From: Desulfocapsa sulfexigens DSM 10523
Lineage (GTDB): Bacteria > Desulfobacterota > Desulfobulbia > Desulfobulbales > Desulfocapsaceae
DNA length: 32,000 nucleotides
Direction of reading: 5' to 3'
Assembly: GCF_000341395.1 (NCBI RefSeq)
Contig: NC_020304.1
Coordinates: forward strand, 3,480,001 to 3,512,000
The notes under the pieces were generated by a model. That model was not told the origin of the DNA. It searched no databases and saw only the letters and a program-made list of their open reading frames with translations. This document shows positions 27,667-32,000 of the stretch, in pieces (position 1 is the first letter of the stretch; every line of letters starts with the position of its first letter). The translations under genes and the position numbers were made by a program.

Positions 27667-29022
27667 TTAGTTAGAAGGTTTCCATTCTTTCAGGAACACT
27701 GGAAGATGTCCGGCTTCACGAGGTCCAATAATGATATTCCAATCTGGAAGTTCTTCTTCAAGCTCACCTTTAAGTGACGCAAGATAGCCGGGAATGATAA
27801 TATCACGATGTTTGACCTTATCCTCAATGCCACCTTTTTTAACAAACTGAGCAATGAGGTCAGCACCAAATTTTCCAGCTGCCCATGCCGTAAGAACCGA
27901 GAGTCCTTCAGTATCCTTGATAAGCAGCCAGGTTGGAACCTTGGAACCTTCAATCTCACCAGAAACAATAAAGTAGGTAAGCGAAAAGTTACAGGTGATA
28001 ACAACCGGGGAGTTCTCATCGGGTCCAGTAAGTGGATAAATATCCTCTGTAACAACCATGGGACGCTGAGGGTCGGTAAAAATATTCATCCGCTCAAGGA
28101 AAAGCGGAAAGATCAGGTCGCCCTGAAGATCGCCAAGTACTATGATACCTGCATATTTGGCAATGAGCACAGAGGCAACCATCGCTTCAAGCATTGGATC
28201 ATCGGTAATCTCACATGGGAAGGTAATAGTAGGAAACCCAAGAGGTTTAAACTTGGCTTTTACAGCAGAGCGCCTTGCAACCACATTATCCTCAAATGCT
28301 GCACGAAGAGTACGAGCACCGGTATCAATGACCATATCTTTAAGGCCGGCTGCACTGAGCTTTTCAGCAATTTCAACACAGTTATCAAGATTACTTGCCT
28401 TGACACCTACTGGGGCCTTAAAACTGCTGCCAAGCTTTGCCATATCGTCTGCATTATCAAGAGTTGCACCATAAAGCAAAGGCACTCTATCACCGCAGAT
28501 CTTAGCGGCTGCTTCCATATTTGCAGCAGAATCACTCATAAGGATGATGGCAGCACGAGCAGAACCTTCAAGTACCCTCTTGGTGAGAGCAACAAAGGAG
28601 GCTTCATCGTTTTTGGAATCTTTAACAGCAATGAGATCCGCACGCATGATAACTCCAACACGCTCGTATTCGAACTTATTAAAACGCTCAATACGGCCAT
28701 CGACATCAGCATCGCTCATTTCAGTGGTAACGAGAACTGCGATACCTGTCTGATTCTCAAAACGCTTATCATGACGATACATACAGGTCTCGCCACCGGA
28801 GACAAAACTATTATCCTTGGCACCAAGTTTAATGGTGCGTATCGGAGGAGCAGAAGCCTCGCTAATGGTGGCCTTGGCCTCATCGGAAACATAAGGACAT
28901 TCATCAATTTCAACCTGGCCAGCCGCTACTTTCATAGCAAAGGCAAGGCAGGTAGGGATGCTACATTCGCCACAATTTTTCTTGGGCAGCATCTTAAGAA
29001 TTTGAATACCGGTTAAGGCCAT
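27667..29022 (-). CDS. acsC: Corrinoid iron-sulfur protein large subunit (CFeSP gamma; AcsC/CdhE)
   Basis: The N-terminal 4Fe-4S motif is LPKKNCGECSIPTCLAFAMKVA...ECPYV. The 451-aa length and operon context fit. The GGAGG SD lies 7 nt upstream of the ATG. Confidence 0.92.
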   Translation of the reverse strand: MALTGIQILKMLPKKNCGECSIPTCLAFAMKVAAGQVEIDECPYVSDEAKATISEASAPPIRTIKLGAKDNSFVSGGETCMYRHDKRFENQTGIAVLVTTEMSDADVDGRIERFNKFEYERVGVIMRADLIAVKDSKNDEASFVALTKRVLEGSARAAIILMSDSAANMEAAAKICGDRVPLLYGATLDNADDMAKLGSSFKAPVGVKASNLDNCVEIAEKLSAAGLKDMVIDTGARTLRAAFEDNVVARRSAVKAKFKPLGFPTITFPCEITDDPMLEAMVASVLIAKYAGIIVLGDLQGDLIFPLFLERMNIFTDPQRPMVVTEDIYPLTGPDENSPVVITCNFSLTYFIVSGEIEGSKVPTWLLIKDTEGLSVLTAWAAGKFGADLIAQFVKKGGIEDKVKHRDIIIPGYLASLKGELEEELPDWNIIIGPREAGHLPVFLKEWKPSN

Positions 29023-29067
29023 GGTGATTCCTCCAGTTATCTATACAATTGGAATTTTGTATGTATT

Positions 29068-29087
29068 GTAATATTTATTACGTAATA
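29068..29087. repeat. Interlocked palindromes built from the hexamer GTAATA/TATTAC (GTAATA-tt-TATTAC-GTAATA), including the perfect 12-mer TATTACGTAATA, in the acsB-acsC intergenic spacer
   Basis: Read directly at 29068-29087. The 93-nt spacer is very AT-rich. Confidence 0.5.
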
Positions 29088-29115
29088 TTGAATGTTTCTT
29101 GTAAATCGATCAGAT

Positions 29116-31320
29116 CTAAACAGCCGTTTCCATTTCGAGTGCTGGATGGCCTTTTTCCTTGAGGAATTCGTAGATCTCCTCCTCAGTGGTTCCCTGTTCC
29201 TCTGTTGCGATCATATCAAACAGTTCTGGCATACCGATATCAGCACAGACTTCTTTTAATTTTTCAGCAATTTCTTCTTTGAGCATTTTCGGCAACCAGA
29301 CAACTCGTTTAAGCCCACCCTCTGCTTTGAAGAGTTTCTTGGAAGTCATGTAATGCTTACTGACACCCATAAATCCAGGAGTCTGCATACCACCACCGGC
29401 CATGCCGGCAAGAGAGGTGAACTTCATACCAGAGGGAGTCATACCAAGGTAATCACGGTTAACAACCATGATTCCGTTACATGTTGGCAGCATGGCGGCT
29501 ATTGCTTCAAAACAGCCACAGGCTGTCATCGGATTATTCATAAGCGAATAGCAACTTACTTCGGGAACAGCCCCACGAGATGCCTGATTTACAAATTCAT
29601 TAATTCCCGTGTAGTAGCCATTAGCTTCATCGGTACATTCCCCCTTCTCAATGGGCTGATTGGGACCGGTGGGATTAATATTAAAGGATGCCTTACCGTC
29701 GAGCCAGTTGTAAGCACCACACATTCCTATTCGTTCTGGGGTAATTACACATACATGACTTGGAGCAAAGGACTGGCACAGTGTGCATGAGTAGAAAACA
29801 TCCTCGGTCTCATCGGTCATGGCACCAAGACGGAGATCACGTTCGGTATATACAGAGGTGGCAAGATCTGAAACCATCTTTACTCCCTCTTCAGTGGTGT
29901 AGAGTTTCACCTGGATCTTATCAACAATGGCACCAAACTCCTGATGCAGTTTACCATGGAGTACTTTTCCAAGGTGCTTGAAGGAAAAGCCTTTTTCAAC
30001 AGCTGCAGTACCAATCCTGAGCCACATGATGTTTCGCTGGCCCATATGCATAATACCCTGGATGTAGTTCATCAGATGATGAAACTGACGTTCAAGGATA
30101 GGTTCAAAATCAGACTGCATTTCACGGCCTGCGACCTCTACAAGAATACCAAGTGGGACATTTTGACCACGTTCCAGATCGGAAATGTCCAATCCTTCAA
30201 GTGTCACTAATCCATCTTCGATCTCATCCATTTCTTTAGAGATAAGAACTTCAACACCTGGAGTTCGACCACCACCACACTCCATAAAGAGATCGTCCTT
30301 TCGAACACGCTCACCCTCAAAAGCGGGGCCAAAGGACATCGGGATATCGATTTTAGTTACGTTGACCTTCAGTCCACGAACCTCAATTGCTTTTTGAACA
30401 ATTTCTTCATGGGGGACGTTCGACACAACATGCTCGTAGGTACAGACACCAGTGGGCAGAATCTGAGGAATATCATAATCAGAAATGGTTGGAAAACCCC
30501 AGTTAATAGCACCAGCAGCATTTGCATACCACTCATCACTGACTTCACCAAAGGCCATGACAAAGGCAAAGGTTCGGTCTTTGTTATATTTCAGGTTCCC
30601 GGCATAGTCGCCTGGTTTGACCCCACCAAAGGCAAGGGCAACACGACAGGCAAAACCTATGGCAAAAACGGCGGTGGTATATTCACGACCAAATGGAACA
30701 AGACGGGTTCCCCAGCCAACCTGCTGTTTTTGTTTAAGCAGTTGATCGGGAAGACTTATCCCCTCGGTCTGGTCATGCATAAAGATGTACAGATTCTTCT
30801 CCTGAAGTTCTATCGCAATCTTTGCAGCCATTTCAGGATCTTTAGGAGTTCCAAGAATAGCAGCAAAACCAGGGGCTGAGCCATCGACAAATTCAACACC
30901 ACGTTTACGAAAAATTACGTCATCTGCGGCACCAAGCCAGAAGTTATCTGCGGTGGGATCTTCGGTTGCGGTATAGAGGCCAGGTTCATTGAGATACCTG
31001 ATAGCTTCGTACATCTCTTCTGCAAAGAATGTTGCCATACCGGCATCAAGTGCCGGAGCAAGATAGGGAAGCCAGATATCACCTGTTACAACAGGAGGCA
31101 TAAGCTTTCGACACTCCAGAAATATATCTTTCATGTCGCCAAGCTTCTCAACCTTGGCTCCAAGCATACTGTAAATAATTGGCAGAAAATAGGCGGTATT
31201 CGGAAATGACACTTCTTTGTCTTCACCATACTTCTTAACCGCATCTTCATAGCTGCTCTCGGCCATATCTATGATTTTTTGTGCACCGCGGATGGCAGCT
31301 GAACAAATTATTTTGGACAT
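29116..31320 (-). CDS. acsB: Acetyl-CoA synthase catalytic subunit of CODH/ACS (A-cluster subunit)
   Basis: The 734-aa protein has the A-cluster ligand motifs CTLCQSFAPSHVCVITPERIGMCGA and MTACGCFE. The N-terminus MSKIICSAAIRGAQKII is typical of bacterial AcsB. An AGGAG SD is present. Confidence 0.95.
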   Translation of the reverse strand: MSKIICSAAIRGAQKIIDMAESSYEDAVKKYGEDKEVSFPNTAYFLPIIYSMLGAKVEKLGDMKDIFLECRKLMPPVVTGDIWLPYLAPALDAGMATFFAEEMYEAIRYLNEPGLYTATEDPTADNFWLGAADDVIFRKRGVEFVDGSAPGFAAILGTPKDPEMAAKIAIELQEKNLYIFMHDQTEGISLPDQLLKQKQQVGWGTRLVPFGREYTTAVFAIGFACRVALAFGGVKPGDYAGNLKYNKDRTFAFVMAFGEVSDEWYANAAGAINWGFPTISDYDIPQILPTGVCTYEHVVSNVPHEEIVQKAIEVRGLKVNVTKIDIPMSFGPAFEGERVRKDDLFMECGGGRTPGVEVLISKEMDEIEDGLVTLEGLDISDLERGQNVPLGILVEVAGREMQSDFEPILERQFHHLMNYIQGIMHMGQRNIMWLRIGTAAVEKGFSFKHLGKVLHGKLHQEFGAIVDKIQVKLYTTEEGVKMVSDLATSVYTERDLRLGAMTDETEDVFYSCTLCQSFAPSHVCVITPERIGMCGAYNWLDGKASFNINPTGPNQPIEKGECTDEANGYYTGINEFVNQASRGAVPEVSCYSLMNNPMTACGCFEAIAAMLPTCNGIMVVNRDYLGMTPSGMKFTSLAGMAGGGMQTPGFMGVSKHYMTSKKLFKAEGGLKRVVWLPKMLKEEIAEKLKEVCADIGMPELFDMIATEEQGTTEEEIYEFLKEKGHPALEMETAV

Positions 31321-31332
31321 ATCTTAAACTCC

Positions 31333-31360
31333 TGTAATAGCTGTAATAGCAGTAATAAGC
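31333..31360. repeat. Three tandem 9-10 nt copies (TGTAATAGC, TGTAATAGC, AGTAATAAGC) abutting the acsB Shine-Dalgarno sequence
   Basis: Read directly. On the mRNA strand this is GCUUAUUACU-GCUAUUACA-GCUAUUACA-GGAGUUUAAGAU-AUG. Confidence 0.6.
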
Positions 31361-31392
31361 TTTGACTTCTACGTTTCAGTTCAAAGTTCCAA

Positions 31393-32000
31393 TCAGTCCA
31401 TAAGACCGGCAACCATTGCGTTAGTGAGTGCTATGGCTTTGGGATGACGCATGATCATAACTTCTCCACCTGCCATAAGCATGCAGCTGGCTGTAAGTGC
31501 TTCCATCATTATTCCTCGAGTCTCCTGATCACCAATCATATCATCGCTAGGAAGTTTCGTTTCCTTTGCCTTCCAGACTTCACAGCCAAGGTTACAGATG
31601 ATGGGTACCTGAAGCTTTGCATCCTGCTGGGTAAGAGCAGCAATACGAATACGCTCCATTACAGAGTAGGTGTACTCTATACCATAGCCAAGCGCTCCAA
31701 TGGAAGGATCCATCAGGACAGTATCAAGAGAAACACCAAGATTTTCAAGAAGAATGTTTAACTGTTTAGCTAGGTTAACATCAATTGGGGAGGCAGCTAC
31801 AATCGGATGCTGGAATGCCATGGCAGTTGCTCCGATAGTTCTGTAGTTGGAATCCTCAAGGGGCGCAAGACATACTTTTTTATCTCCTATGACGGAGGTA
31901 ATATCTCGCAGAGTTTCGGTATCTTTATCGGAATTACCACATCCCCAGACGATTACTGGGACATCAACTGCAGCAATTACAGCTGCTGCAGTTTTAGCAG
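31393..32000 (-). CDS. acsD: Corrinoid iron-sulfur protein small subunit (CFeSP delta; AcsD/CdhD), 3' part (5' end outside the window)
   Basis: The frame is open to the window edge (…AKTAAAVIAAVDVPVIVWGCGNSDKDTETL…). DPSIGALGYGIEYTYSVMERIRIAAL and the C-terminal MIMRHP closely follow my recollection of Moorella AcsD ([26 protein letters not shown]…LLMRHP). Confidence 0.9.
   Translation of the reverse strand, partial: AKTAAAVIAAVDVPVIVWGCGNSDKDTETLRDITSVIGDKKVCLAPLEDSNYRTIGATAMAFQHPIVAASPIDVNLAKQLNILLENLGVSLDTVLMDPSIGALGYGIEYTYSVMERIRIAALTQQDAKLQVPIICNLGCEVWKAKETKLPSDDMIGDQETRGIMMEALTASCMLMAGGEVMIMRHPKAIALTNAMVAGLMD

Noticed and set aside
27808-29016. 402-aa plus-strand ORF
   Set aside because: It lies entirely antisense to acsC, whose translation has clear family motifs. 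The plus-strand translation is low-complexity with no recognisable motif and is typical of a shadow ORF.
1-32000. Search for a mobile element, defence island, CRISPR array, or tRNA/rRNA
   Set aside because: I saw no transposase, integrase, phage or restriction-like translations, no regularly spaced direct repeats, and no tRNA-like cloverleaf candidates in the intergenic regions I inspected. The gene content looks like core chromosome. A by-eye scan cannot exclude small ncRNAs.

Overview
The window looks like chromosomal DNA from an anaerobic, selenium-using bacterium, with gene content resembling Desulfobacterota sulfate reducers or acetogen-like organisms; that taxonomic call is inference only. 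I found no rRNA, tRNA, CRISPR array, transposase, integrase or phage genes.

Layout:
- 1-9.4 kb is mostly minus-strand housekeeping and signalling genes: the 3' end of a DEAD-box helicase, a phasin-like protein, Dus, a large HEAT-like/cNMP/PilZ protein, a Sel1-repeat protein, a lipoprotein, GabD, a YbcJ-like S4 protein and a REC-GAF-class III cyclase.
- 9.7-19.6 kb holds rarA, a multiheme cytochrome gene, ppaC, a membrane protein, a SprA-related HExxH protein, an M18 aminopeptidase, an SLT transglycosylase, a DxDxDG calcium-binding-repeat protein and a small PilZ protein.
- 19.6-32 kb is one tightly packed minus-strand Wood-Ljungdahl operon, acsD-acsB-acsC-fdhA-hdrA-mvhD, closed by a strong terminator.

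Main result: four reading frames that the ORF track shows as broken or truncated are each joined by a single in-frame TGA. Each TGA sits where homologues carry a redox Cys, and each is followed 12-21 nt later by a short hairpin with a GGUC(U) or AGGUA apical loop (bacterial SECIS-like).
- Three are known selenoprotein types: FdhA U832, HdrA U63 and MvhD U69.
- The fourth (10993..12606) appears unannotated. It has a signal peptide, a C-G-U motif, a metallophosphoesterase/5'-nucleotidase-like domain lacking the canonical catalytic motifs, a Lys/Glu-rich coiled coil and a tetraheme c554-like domain. Its SECIS geometry matches that of fdhA.

The FdhA here is a 1390-aa fusion carrying an internal GltD-like NAD(P)H/FAD module. 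It is co-transcribed with a tandem HdrA and MvhD but no hdrBC, which suggests an uncharacterised flavin-based electron-bifurcating CO2-reductase/formate-dehydrogenase module inside the acs operon.

All calls rest on reading the translations and sequence by eye; no database searches were run.
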